64,000 bases of DNA, from positions 1,798,001 through 1,862,000 of the forward strand of contig CM039005.1 in the NCBI GenBank assembly GCA_017499595.2, in the 5' to 3' direction. The DNA comes from Psilocybe cubensis. Its lineage: Eukaryota. The notes below the pieces were generated by a model. That model saw only the letters and a list, made by a program, of their open reading frames with translations, was not told the origin of the DNA and made no database searches. The position numbers and the translations under genes are program-made. Of the stretch, positions 50,938-64,000 are shown in pieces (positions within the stretch are counted from its first letter, which is position 1; every line of letters starts with the position of its first letter).

Positions 50938-52074
50938 ATTATCCTTCCTCTCCTTATCTTCTTAGACTCTCCTTTATCCGTTAGCGTGCGCTTTCTCTAC
51001 AGCGCTTTGAAATCAGTGGGTCTCCTTTGCGGAATGTGCTAGAAAAAGTGATGAGGGGGAAAGAGTGCGAGACACTGCGATGGGCCCTATCCGTTTCAAT
51101 CAACAGCGGGCCGCGACCCCCGTCGTCGTCATCGATCTTACCTTGGCATCACGTGTTCCGTAAAACTGTCACAGGTCATGGTCTGTCACAAAGCATCGCG
51201 TCACCCGAGTCCAAGGCTGAGGTCGACACCCGAAAACAACCTTTGAAAACCCGTATAAACTCATGGCGGTACGCTGACCTCCTTTATGCGCAATAAACGT
51301 AACTGAAATTGTTAACTTTCATATGTATAGTCAGGATTCGGCTGGGGCGGAGGTACATACCCACACTTCCTTTCTACGAGCTGCCCAAAAGACCCGGGGA
51401 CTAACCTCTGACTTCTACAGGCCGTTCGCGGTGCTTTACTTATTGGCAAGAGATCCAGAAAGTGCGTTGGCTGTAACCCTGCGTATATGCGTATGCGTGT
51501 CGCTGAATGTGTGTTGGTTGCTGGATACAGTGTTACGCCGTGGCGGACCATCCCGCCGAGTGCAAAGCGCAAGGCGCGGATTACCTAGAATGCCTGGATA
51601 ACCGCAAAGAGGTCCGTTTATTCCCTTTACATCTCTTTTGAATGCGCTAACCTTGTTTTATTCTTTCTTTCTGCTTTTGCCTCACACATTACATCTTCCC
51701 AACCTGACTGCTGCACAACCCTCGTGCTCAACGTCCAACACACTACCTTGTACCTTGTGCCTTTGCCTTTACTTTTACAACTGCCTTTCCACGCACCTCC
51801 GGATCCGGATAAACAAACCTTCCCGCACCATAATGATATCTCACCCGCTCGCCCAAACACAATCCAACGCAACGTGCACCGCCGGGATTGACAACTCTTA
51901 CACCCGCACCCGCACGCTTTCCAAAACCACCACCACCGCGTCCGCAACGGCGTCATATCATATCATATCATATCATAACACTACCCACGTCCACCACGTC
52001 CACACCAATTCCCAATCCCCCACATATCCTCTGTACACCTCTCAAAACCCTGTTCAAACTTCTCCACCCCACAC

Positions 52075-52185
52075 CCCCATCAACCCAACCCAACACCCCC
52101 ACCCCCACCAACCCACCCAATAAACCCACCCAATAAACATACCCACCCAACATCCAAACCCAATAACCCCCCAATAAACCCACAG
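52075..52185. repeat. Degenerate C/A-rich minisatellite (AACCCACCCAAT-like units)
   Basis: Repeated caacccacccaataaacccacccaataaac... units in intergenic DNA. Confidence 0.6.
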
Positions 52186-53508
52186 ATCAAACGCGCACAA
52201 ACAATCGCCGCCGAACACGCCCGCCAACTGCAACACCGCGCACACGAGTCGCACAAGGCATCATCCATCGCCTCGAGCGGCGCTATTGCCTCTGTCGGTA
52301 TTATCCAGCGCGATGGCAGCGGTGGTGGTGGGGAGGGGAAGGAGGGTAAATAGTTTTGAAGCATTGTGGTTGTAGATCCGGTTTGATATAGATTCGACTT
52401 GACTTGACATGGAATTGCACAGAGACAGGGACGGACGGGGAAGGGAACGAGAACGGGACGGAGGTGATAAATGCATGCATGCATCCAATCATTTTTTTTT
52501 TCTTTTCTTCCCGTTAGTCCCTCACTCTGAGATATCCAAACACGTTTTCAAACGGAATTGTGAATGCGAAATGCGAAATGTGAATTTGAGTGTCGACCGT
52601 GTTTACACTTGGGTTCAATTAGAGGTGTAGGTACCAGCGCCAACAACTTGTCAGAAGGTCCATGGGCCATGGACCATGGCCGCATATTGCGCATAACTTA
52701 GGTATCAAACAACAAGTCTGAGAACTTGTCTGACGAACTGATAAATAATGAATAATAAATAATACAAACAGTTGGTACAACAACAGCAACAACAGAAATA
52801 GGAACAAGTCTCAACAGACCATAGCCACCTAAAAAAAAAGACCAAAAAACCAAAAGGCCACTAAAAAGAAAAAGACGGAAAAAAGAGAACAGAAACACGG
52901 CGATCATAGGAGAAAAACTATACTAGCAAGTAGCGAGGTAGAAGTAGCGAGGTGGAAGTGGAATGAGGCTGGGTGAGTTTTTGACACGACGCGACGCGAC
53001 GCGAAAACAGTCGAGAAATGAGAAATGAAAAATGGTGAAAAAAGGGGGAGGGTTAAATTTCAGTAGCACTAGGACGAATGGATGGATGGATGGATGGTTG
53101 AATGGATGAATGGCCTTTGTTTTTGGATAGGTTGATAGTAACTGTCTTGGATTTTGAGTGTGAATTGTGGACTGTGAAAAGTGAAAAAATGGATTGTGTG
53201 GACGCGTGTGTTATGGATTGTGAATTGTGTGTTGTGTGTGATGGGGATGGAATGGGACGAAACAAAACTCAAAGCCAAAAGCCAAAAACCGAAAATCGAA
53301 AACCGAAAACCGAAAAAACATAAAAATCCAAAGGCATTCCACCATCGTTCATTCATTCCTTCGTTCCTTGCTAGAATTGGAATTGTAAAGTTGAACGCGC
53401 CACAAGCAAAAAAAAGTGTCGGCGTCAATGTCGGCGTCGTCTGCCATCTGCCGTCTGGGGTCCTCGCTCAAAGTCGCTCAAATTTCAAGCTTCAAGTATA
53501 AACGAGCT

Positions 53509-55673
53509 TCAAGTACGAACGAACACCTCCGTCCGCCACGGCACAGTCGCGACTCCAATCTGATACTCCGGTATCCTAGCCTCCCTCTCCCTCTCTCTCT
53601 GCTGCTGCTGGAGAAGTACCTCTTGCTCCCGCCGCCGTCGAACAGCTGCCGCAGCCGCAGCCGCCACATCACCGTTAACATCAACATCAGCATACTCAAT
53701 CATCGTAACCGCTCCCGCCTCCTTCTCCTTCTCCTTCTCATCTCCATCTTCAACTTCAGCGTCGCCAATGACGAACGCAGCTTCCGGCACACGTTCAATC
53801 CCTACTTCCACTGGTACAGGAACACCAACTCCCAGATCCACACCAACGGGAGTCATCGGCATCCCACCTGAACTCCCCGAGCTCGAGCTCGAGCTCGTCT
53901 CAGACCCACCCTCCTCCGAAGCACGCAATGCCTCCTCCGCCGCCGCTGCCGCCGCCGATGCAGACGACGACGACGGCGCCGAACAATAATAAACAGACCT
54001 CCGCACATCCGGCATCGCAATCACAACAGCAACATGCAGCGCCTCCGGCGGCCCCGCCATCCTCCTCCCCTCCTCCTCAGCAGCCATAGCTAATGCCATC
54101 GCAGCTGCTGCATTCGGTTGGCGATGTCGGTCGCGGTGTCGGTCGCGGTGATGGAGGTGGAGGGGGTGCGGGGAAAGGGGGATCCCGAATAGGGTGTGCT
54201 GTGTGCGTCGGGTGCGGTGTGTTTGATTTTGGTTTTGGTTTTGGTTTTGGTGTGAATTTTGGGTTTGGGTTTGAGGTGGGGATGAGGTGGAGGGAGATGG
54301 GACGGGGACGGGAAGTGTAGGATGCGGCCGCAACCACGACGACAGCGAGTGCCCGCCAAAGCGCGGCGGCGCGCGCGGGGAAGGTGCTCCGGCTGCTGCT
54401 GCTGCTGCATCGGTGGCGGCCTCTTCCTGTGTTACTTGTGCTGCTTGTGCTGCCGCTACCGCTGATGAATGGTCAAGCGCACCACGCTCCGTCTGCACCT
54501 CCCGCATCTCCAGCGGCCGCACAGCAGGATCCTGGCTCTGGCTCTGGCTCGTGCGCTGCATCAGCGATACACGTCTCATCGGCAGCGGACCTTGTTCTTG
54601 GGCCTGCGGGTCGACTGGAACTTGCAATTGGGCTAGCACAGGCGCTGTATTACCACCCTCGACTTCGCCATCGAGAAGTGTTGTTGTTGTTGGTGGTAAG
54701 TCAGAGTCAGCGGTATTCGTATCGTGACTGTCCCTATCGCTATCTCTGTCTGGAGGTTCTTTGGCAGCTGAAGGCGGCCGTCGGCATAGTGCCACGGATA
54801 ACGGCTAGATAATCACCAAAAAAAATAAAAGAAATAAAAAAGAAGAGGTGTGATGGATGATGCAGATGGGTGATGGTGAGGAGAAAGGAGAAAGTGGAAA
54901 GGAGAAGATGATGATAGCGGACGCGCACACGTGCACATACGAGCGCGAGTGCAAGCGCGAGTGCGAAAGTCAAAAGTCAAAGTGGCAAGAATAAAACAAG
55001 ACCAAAAAAAATAGAGAGAGATAAAATAAATCAGCAATCAGCGATCCGCGAAAGAAGAAGTAGTAGAAGCACAAGCAAAACAACATACCATCGTATACCT
55101 CCACACCCCCACCTCCTCCGCATCCGCGTCCGCGTGGGGCGGGGCCGCATACGCCCGCACGAACGGCTTCTCATACAGCTCCGGGAGCTTATACCGAATC
55201 CCACCGTACCCATCGCTCCCAAGCGCAACCCACGGCGGCGCACCGCGCACATCGCCCTCTCCCCCTGCGCCTCCCCTGCCCGCTCCCCACGAACCTGGTG
55301 GTGCATAGGCAGGCGCACCGCCAAACGCCCCTGGAATCGCACCCCCACCTCCAACATCCAGCCCCCACATCGCCGCACTCCCCGCACCACCACCAGCAAA
55401 CCCACCACCAGCACCACCACGCGCGCGCCCCGCCATCAACCGCCTCCGCGAGCCAATCCCACACGCTACAAACACAAGGAGGAGCACGACGAACGTGATG
55501 AGGAACCCGAAGAAGTAGTTTGCTCCGCGCTGTTGTAGACCGCCGTCGTCGTCTCCATTCCCACCGCTACCGTTCCCGTTGTTACCGTCGCCGGTGTCAG
55601 GACTGGAGGTGGAGGTGGAGGTGGAGGTGGAAGAGGAGGAAGGGAGGGGTAAAGTGTAGATTGTGACAGACAT
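53509..55673 (-). CDS. Uncharacterised single-pass membrane protein (same unnamed family as 20832-21673, copy B), 2 exons, expanded by low-complexity sequence
   Basis: Exon 1 55673-55089 is MSVTIYTLP...TM (YFFGFLITFVVLLLVFVACGIG)...LPELYEKP...VWRYTM. Intron 55088-54805. Exon 2 is PLSVALC...LHVAVVIAMPD...EYQIGVATVPWRTEVFVRT*. Confidence 0.75.
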
Positions 55674-57426
55674 GTTGATGATATCGTCCGTTTGCTGCTC
55701 GCGCCTGTCCGAGCGCGTCTCTGTATATGCGCGTGTATATGCGTATGTGCCCGCGGAGATGGAGGCTTGCCAGTTGTTGGTGGAGGGCCAGGGCCAGAGA
55801 CTCGCCCTAGACATCCACTGTCGCACTCGCACTCGGTCGCAGTCGAAGTCGGTGTTTGAGTCGGCGGTCCCTGCCCCAGTCGGCAGGAGAAGTGGAAGCA
55901 GAAGTCGCAGATGCAGTCGCAGATGTAGTAGTCCAAACCAAAGTCGAAGTCGAAGGTCGAAGGTCGAAGGTCGCAGTAAAGTGGTGTGTCCAAACGCAGC
56001 AGAAAAGGAACCAAGACAAGCAATCCAAAGTCCAAAATCCAAAGTCCAGAGTCCACACTCCAAACGGCCGTCGTCGCTTTCGCTTTCGCTTCGCTTTTCA
56101 AGGTAGTACAAAGTACCAGTAAGTAAGTACCAGTCGTAGAACCCCCCTCGCCTCGCAGTTGATTCAGACGAGTGACCGGGACCGGTGACCGCTATACACC
56201 ACTTGCAGTCTGTCCCCGCTGGCAAAGCAAAGTAATGCAATGCAATGGAGCACAGTGATAGGTCCGTATCCAAAATCCAAAATCTACCAGTGCGACTAGG
56301 GATCCTGAAACCTAGAAAAATTCCTCAAAAAGCGACTTACCAAAAAAGAACCCAAAAAAAAAGTGAGAATTGAGAATTGAGACATCTTACATAGCACCCC
56401 TTGTCAGGTTCACATTTGTCTCCGCCGCACATAATCCAACCGTCAACGATCACAATTCAGAATTAGGCAAAGAACGAAAAAAATTCAAAACCGGATACAT
56501 CACTAGTCCCAATATAAGCATTTAGCTCAGCTGACTCATCCTTCTATGACGTTATCCGCTTCCGAATGTGTTTATTTATAGATTTACGCGTCGTATTTGC
56601 GTAATGGTGTGTGCGAGTTGAAAGAGTGTAGAGGACTAAGAACTAAGTAGAGATAGGCGCTGTCACTTCCCAATACCGTGTGTACACAAAATGAATGAAT
56701 AGAATGCAATCGTATCACCGCACCTGCTACACCTACACCTCAGTATACCTCACCACACCACACTACACTTCCTAGCTGATACCCTATCGAACAGAGCGCA
56801 AGTGAAGGGTGAAAAAAGTAAATTGACCTGCACAACAAAACACGCAATATCAAAAAATAGATAAAGTGACACAGAAAGTTAAAAACGCACGCCTGGGTTC
56901 GTACATTCGACAATAAAGAAAAACGCCTACTCTGAAACCCGCTCGAAAAAAAAAATCATTTTTAAAGCATATATATCATCTCAACAGTACCAATACCGGT
57001 ACCAAAAAATAAAAAAAAATAAGCGAACAAACGAGAAGCAAAAAAACGAAAAGAAAAAACGAAACGAAAAAACTCCCAACCTCTTTTAAATAAATTTTCC
57101 ACACTAGTCCTCTCCCTTCCCATACCCATTCACATTCCCTTGCATCCGCATCCCTGTTCCTATTCCTTCCCACTCGTGTCACCTTTTCATTCATCTTCAT
57201 CTTGAAGCCTTGACCACCTTCTCCCGCTCCGGGTCTTCTATCGCCTCGCCAAACGTCCAAACGCCCACACCCCACACCCAAACACCAGTATCCAGTATCC
57301 AGTGCGAACACCATAATCAAACACCCTTCGCCCTTCACGCACACGCACACCAATACGTACGTACGTACAGACGCAGCCCACACACACGGCATACGGACGG
57401 CGAATCATCAATCATTAATCGATTAA

Positions 57427-60400
57427 TCACCCGCTCTTCATCCTAGACCTGACAACTTTATTCCTCAACGCGCGTTCCTTCAACTCACTCTCGCGCCGCT
57501 CAAGGTCGACTTTCATACGCTGCTTTTTCCAAAATCGCCAAATCGACCATCGCCAGTCAGGAATCGAATCGCCAAATCGTCAATCGAGCATCGCAAATAG
57601 ACCATCGACCATCGACCGTCGCAAATAGACCATCGACCATGACAAGCAGGAATCGCGGATCACATATAAAAAAACCCAAAAAAAAAACAAAAAGAGAAGA
57701 CAATCAGTATCCAAACCACACAAAAACCATCCAAGAAAACAAGCAAAAAAAAGGGGTGCGCACATCATCATCATCATCATCCTCCTCCTCATTCCCAACG
57801 TTCCCAACGTTCGGAGCGTTCGCAGGAGCCCCGATGCGGCTCGCAAGACTCGCACCCGGACCCGGGCCTTTACCCATACCCGCACTCGCACTCGCACCCG
57901 GGCCTTTACCCCCGCCCGCACCCACACCCGCGCCCTTACTCGCACCAGCAGCACCAATACCAACACCAATACCATCCGACCACTTACTTTTCCTGCGCTC
58001 GACCTCGGCCTGCCCTTTAATCTTGAGCTCTCCTCCGCGGGATACCGGTGGACTCCTCCTCTCCCTCTCCCTCTCCCTTTGCTTCCCCGGCTTCTCATCA
58101 ACATCCATACGCGCATCCTCCTCATCTTTCCGACGCAGCGCCGATCGCGACCTCGAGCGCGACCTCGACCTACTCCGCGAACGTGACCTCGATCGCCCTC
58201 CTCCTCCTCCATAGCGCGCTTTACCCCTCGCACCAGGACCAGGACCAGGACTAGCGCTCCGCCTTCGCCTACTCATATGCGGCGGCTCCTCCCTCTCTCT
58301 CCCACCACCACCACCACCACCACCAGGCCCACTCCCAGCCTTCCCTTTCCTCCCAGCCCCAACTCCAGGTCCAGGTCCAGCCGAACGCGACCTCGACCTC
58401 GACCTCGACCTCGAGCGCGAATACGACGGACTGCGTCTCCTCCCCCCTCCACCACCGCGCCTAGGCGGACTCGCGCTCCTCATCCTCCTCGCAAACTTTC
58501 GCGGCGGCGAGCGCGAGCGGGACCTGTCCCTATCCCTATCCCTCTCTCTTTCCCTATCTCTCCTACCCACATTCCTCTCCCTCTCCCTCTCCCTACCCAT
58601 ATCCCTCGACCTATCCCTATCCCTAGACCGCGACCCAGACCCAGACCCACCCCTGCGCCTCCTCCCAGGCACCGGACTTCGATCCCTCATCCCCCTCCTC
58701 TCCCTCTCCCTCTCGCGCGCAGACGGCGGGGGCGGCGTAGGCGACGGCGAGCGCTGCCTCCTCCTTCCACTAATCTGCGCAGGCGGTGATCCCGCCCTCG
58801 AACGCGACCTTGACCTCGACCGCGAGATAGAAGGTGAAGAACGCGAAGCCGACCGCCTTCCTTTACCCTGCGCAGGCGGAGGGGCATGAGGAGCAGGTAC
58901 AGGCGACGCCCCACGGCGGCGTTGATGAGCCGGTGGTGGCGGTGGCGGCGGCGAGCGGCTTCGCGAGCGGGACGATGTGCGCGAGTGCGAGCGCGAACGG
59001 GATCGAGAGCTGGCGTTGCCTCCACCGCCGCGGCGAGGCGGAGGGGAACGATATCGTCTGGGTGTGATAGAGCGCGACCTCGAGCGCGAGCGCGAACGGG
59101 ACCGGGAACGAGAGTGGGAGCGGGAAGACCTTGAACGCGTGCGCGAGCGCGAGCGGCGCCGAGGCGGAGGAGAGCGCGACGAGAACCGGCGGCGCGGTGG
59201 CTAGAGTAGAGTAGAATAGAGTATATATCAAAAACAATGAATAAAAATAAAAATAAAATAAAATGAATAACACTTACCCCAGCACCGCCGCCACCGCCAC
59301 CAGGCCCGCCTCCGCGCGCGCCCCAACCAGAATCGCGCGCGCGATCGGGGCCACCACCACGACTATCGTCCCACCCTCCCCGCCCACCTCTCCCCCTCCC
59401 CCTCCCCCTTCCACCTCTCTCCCCTCCTCCTCCACCTCTCCCTCCAAACCCATCCCCAAACCCTCCTCCTCTACCCCCTCCTCTCCCCCCAAACCCACCC
59501 CCACCCCCACCCCCACCCCCACCACCCATCCCGCCCCCAACCTCATCCAACCGCATCCTCCTATCCCGCTCATCAATCGCCCTCGAATCGCCCTCGCGCG
59601 CAGCGCGCATCTCCGCCTTCTTCGCGTCCACAAACGCACGCGGCACACCGGACACCTCCGCCTGCGCGTCGAGGAGGAGTGTCCAGAGCGAGGCCATGAA
59701 TGCGGGTGTGTCTTTTGTGAGGAAGCCTGTGAGGTTGATTTGCATTTTTTTCGGGTCGGGGTTCTGTGTGTGTTTAGGTGTGTGTGTATGTAGAAAAAAA
59801 AAAGAAAAGCAATCATTCATCAGCCAACAATCACAAACCACAACCACAAATCACAACCAAAAAAAAAGGGTAACATACAGGCTGCTGCTCATCCTCCAAA
59901 AGCCCCATAGCATACTCCACCACCACCTCATCTTCAAACCCGATGAGCTCCACGATCCGCTTGGCTATCCACGGTCGGATGACCGTCAGGTTCACTTTGC
60001 GCATGTCCACCTGGATTGAAAGGAGTGAGAGGGTTGGGTTAGCTTTAGTTTAGTTACAGTTAGGGAGATATGTAGGGTGTGATGTAGAACGTTGAAAGTT
60101 GAACGAGCATTGAAAGTTGAAAGTTGAACGAGCATTAAAAAATGTTGAAAGGTACAAAATATACACTCCAACCAACCAACAAAAGAAGAAAAAGAAGAGA
60201 AAAAAAAGGTGGAAGAAAAGAACCACAACCCACAACCCACAACCCACATCTCATAACCCATAAACCACAAAAGCACAAGAAAACAAAACACACACCTTTT
60301 TCTCAAAATTCGCAGGAAACTTCATAGTTTTAAGCAGCTTCACCTCCTTGTCGGAGAACCGCCTGTCCTGGTCCGCGGATGTGCCTTTGAAGAAGCCTGT

Positions 60401-60723
60401 GTAGACGCACCACCACCAACACCAACACCAAGAGCACCAGCACCAGCACCAATTCCATTACCAGCAGCAGGAGGAGCAGGGGCAGGGGCAGGGGCAGCAG
60501 GGGCAGGGGCAGGGGCAACGGCAAAAACGAAAACCGAAAAAAGAAAAAAGGGTGTGGTCAGCACAGTCCAAAGTCGGGTCAAAGAAACACAAAAAAAAAG
60601 AAGATGCAGGTGTCTGGAGTGCAGATACACTAACTGCTCCATCCAAAATACCAAACACGCCATCGAACGAACGAGTGGATGAACGAATGGATGGATGGTG
60701 TAGCACTCACCCGCATCAGCCAT
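57427..60723 (-). CDS. SRRM1: PWI-domain, RS-rich splicing factor (SRm160/SRRM1 homologue)
   Basis: MADA|GFFKGTSADQDRRFSDKEVKLLKTMKFP...|VDMRKVNLTVIRPWIAKRIVELIGFEDEVVVEY...|PDPKKMQINLTGFL...FMASLWTLLLDAQ, then RGG and long RS tracts, ending ELKERALRNKVVRSRMKSG*. Confidence 0.92.
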
Positions 60724-61428
60724 ACTTTCAACCCTCTATCTATATCTCTTGCTTCTTCCTTCTTTCTTTTAGCTCCTTTCTTTCTTGTCCTCTTCTTTTT
60801 CCTTCTTTCAAAAGCCTCGAAAGCCTCGAAACCTCGAAACCTCGAAATGAACACAAAACTAGCTGGAACTGTGAAAAAGCAAGAGCAGAAAAGAGTCCTT
60901 TTAGTTAGGTTGACGTCCAGTATCAGCGTCAACGTTAAAATCAGAGTTGTGAGTCGACGTACCTTCACCTTCACGTTCGGTTCAAACGCAAAACGCAAAA
61001 CGCAACCCTTGCGAAATCCGTGAGCGTGAGCCTGCGTGAGCGTGACGTCCTCACCCGTGTGGGGCAAATGAAAATTCGTGGGAACATATCTCCTAATTAG
61101 TAATAAATTAGGCTTCAAGCAGTCAGAGTTGAACAAGTATACAAGTTATCCGAGTCCCGACACCCCCGCGCGCTCAAATCTTAACTTTTACTGTAATATC
61201 CATTTCTCACTTCTTAATCCTTGACTCTGCTTCAACCGTCAACATATACCATACCCTCCCTCCAACTCTAAACAAGGAAATGCGAATCCTTCTCAAAATG
61301 AAAAAAGACCACGACCACAACAACATGGGGTTACACCCCCACAGCGACTCCAAACTCATACATAAACGCCAGTTTCCTAAATATATACAGTAGTAGTACA
61401 TTCAAACCCCAAACCGACAAGTTATCAT

Positions 61429-63907
61429 TCAATCAACCTCCCGAATCCTCCTCCTCCGGAACGAAATTTCCCTTGGGGATTTCGGGAGCGTGATCATCGT
61501 CTGCAATGCAATGCAAGCAAGTACACAACGGTGTTAAACGGATGGCATATCAAACACCATGGGGAATATAACACTTACATGGTAATTAGGCTCCGGGACA
61601 CGTTCTATCCTCATCTCCAAAGCGCGCACTAGCGTAGCAACAATGACACCTAACTGCAGATACGCAAACTATGCAAAAAAACAAGCGAAAAAAAAGCGAA
61701 AAAAGAAAAAAAAATCAATCAGCAAATCACGTAGGAAAGAAGCCGCTTACAGACACAACATACCTGCTCCCCGATACACCGATGCATACCGCCACCAAAC
61801 GGTTGATACGGGCTGTTCGTGCCTTTACTCACCAGCCCAAACCCATAGTCGATTTTCTCTTCGCCATCACCGCCGCCGCCGTCATCACCCACTTTCATCA
61901 CATCACCAACATCATCCCGGATCCACCGATACGGATCCCACACATCCGCAGAACGACCCCATATCCGCGCGTCAATCTGGCTAAGCGCCGGCGACGCAAG
62001 AACATAATCGCCCTTGGGCACAACATACACCGCATCACCACCATCACCATCACCTTTATCACCTTCATCCACACGTCTTTTCACCCCCGAACCATGAAGA
62101 TGCGGCGCCGCCAGAGTACGCGGTACAACCACATCTTCCCGGACATACCGAATGATACTATGGATCGGCGGATGCAAGCGCAGCGTCTCGCGGATGACCG
62201 CGTTCAAGAGCGGCAGCTCCTTCACCTCCTCGTACGTCATCGCACGCAGCCCCGGGCGCCTGCCCCCGTCCGACGGCGACGCTGTATATGATTCTGTAAA
62301 ATGCTCCACTTGTTCTTGATATAGCGCCTCCCTATAATTACATACAACAAAACGGAACGACCAATCAGTATTTCGCATCGGCAGGGTATAAATAATCACA
62401 ACTGAGGTAAAATATCATGACTGAAAGATAAGCATCTATCATTTCAGATGGGCCGCCACGCCACAAAAGAACGCTAGGCCGTAGACGTGGGTGATGATTG
62501 ATACTCAGTGATGGACACCTACCCGATCTGGGGGTTGTTGGCGATGTGGATAAGCGCCCAGGAGCCAGTGGATGAGCTGGTATGCTGGCCAGCCATGAGC
62601 ATCGCGATCATCAAATGCGCTACTTCGTGGTCCTCGAGGTGCCGGCCGTTACGGTATGTCTGTTTCATGAGCGCCGCAATCATATCATGTTCATGTTCGT
62701 TTTCATGCTAAGCCAGTTCGAGATACATGCCAATTCCATCAGAATGCACTCAGAGCCTCAGAAGATGAAAATAACGTACATCACTTTCATGATTTTTATC
62801 ACCCACGTCCAATAACCTCCTCCTACGGCGCTGTACTATGTCCACATAAAACGCACTCATCTTCCTGTGTGCTCTGTCTCGGCGTGAATAACTCGGCAAC
62901 GGGAGGTTTGGACAAATAAAATTGAGTGGGGTGAACCCTTCATCGAGGTCGCTGTAAAGCTGCGCATACGACGCGTCGAGGCCCGCGCGGACCTCCGCGC
63001 CCTGCAGCGTGCGGGACGCAGCAAGTATCGTGAGCTGTTGCATCAACCGCAGTGCGTCAAAGGTCCTCCATTGAGTACCATGGGTGTCGTCGATCGCTGT
63101 GGCACTGGCATCCGTAGACGCAGGAGCCCCGCCGAACGTCGCATCGTGCGCGAGAAAAGCGTGGACCTCGTCCTCGATCATCCCGACGTATCTGCGGAGG
63201 TTGGATATTGAGAATCCGACCTTGCAGAATTTCTTCTGCTGCATGAATACATCATTGGGGACATCGTATACCACGCCCTTGCCGAACACAGGGGTGGTCA
63301 AGTGCTATAATTCCACGAAACATCTGGGTTAATTTATGCCCACAGAAAATTTGATATGGTCACATACGGTATATGCGTCTTCTGCGTTGAGCTGGTGAGA
63401 TTTGCCGCCTAGTATAAAGTTGTTACCCTTTGTCCCTAGGGCCACCGTCATCCGACGGCCAAGAAGGACAAATGTGAATATGTCTCCGTGCTGATTTGAC
63501 GAAAGAATGTTTAGTGACAATATAACAGTGAAGGCAATTAATTAAGCGAATTAATACCTTTTGTTGGCAATCCAGTAAGAACTTTACTGGGTCATTTCCG
63601 TAGGCTATTGCAGAGCCAATGAAGGGGACCCAGTGGAAGACTACGGGCGGGTCTGTAGACCTCCGGGGCAGAATCTAAAAGACGCAGTGATAAAATTCAA
63701 CGCATATATCTACCATTAGCTATGTCCACGTACAAGTTGGCGGACAACATTGAGGACAATGGCGACTAATGGGAGGCAGAATAAAAGCAGCAGCAAAGAA
63801 CGTATATCGGTCCAGCGTTGAGGAGCAAGTTGTGTGGTACGGTGTGTTGGGACTACATCGTCAAAGCGTTGAAACGATGTGTTCAAGTGGGACTTCAAAG
63901 AAGACAT
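61429..63907 (-). CDS. ERG11: Sterol 14-alpha-demethylase CYP51 (Erg11), somewhat divergent
   Basis: [111 protein letters not shown]. Confidence 0.95.
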
Positions 63908-64000
63908 GAGGGAACGCAATTTGCAAACTTGAAACATACTGCACCTAATGTGAACTTTTTGAGTGGGAAATCCACCCATTCTACTTCTGTATTAACACAT

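Noticed and set aside
51600-52500. Cys/Trp/Gly-rich ORFs on both strands
   Set aside because: They are explained by the C/A-rich low-complexity composition, and there is no credible gene structure.
55674-56273. N-terminal 200 aa of the 411-aa ORF 55038-56273
   Set aside because: It starts at a non-ATG codon and consists of repeat-derived sequence. The ATG at 55673 matches the architecture of the paralogue.
57580-59850. Many overlapping long ORFs on both strands
   Set aside because: These are shadow frames of the GC-rich RS/RGG repeats of the SRm160 gene.

Overview
This is intron-rich eukaryotic DNA with short GT-AG introns and CTRAC branch points. The gene content points to an agaric basidiomycete (mushroom-forming fungus). 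I built about 21 spliced gene models by eye. Recognisable ones are a GH16 beta-glucanase, UBC4, GPI12/PIG-L, a DUF1770/Atg43-like gene, a DUF6699-like gene, CYP53, an MP88-like GPI mannoprotein, a peroxisomal 4CL-like acyl-CoA ligase, FKBP12, a Get5-like ubiquitin-like protein, a PWI/SRm160 splicing factor and CYP51. The best candidate for an undescribed system is a head-to-head pair of uncharacterised genes (33.1-36.3 kb) built from one shared ~150-aa module: one gene has two copies, the other has one copy plus an extra domain and an Atg8-interacting-like motif. Other highlights are a tandem pair of atypical kinase-like genes with mitochondrial-type presequences (one frameshifted) and an FKBP12 whose first intron hides an in-frame mitochondrial presequence. 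There are also two dispersed paralogues of an unnamed single-TM family, a CYP51 with Met at the Candida R467-equivalent site, and a sharp switch to microsatellite-rich DNA at ~46 kb. Exon boundaries are manual and approximate, and family names come from remembered motifs, not database searches.
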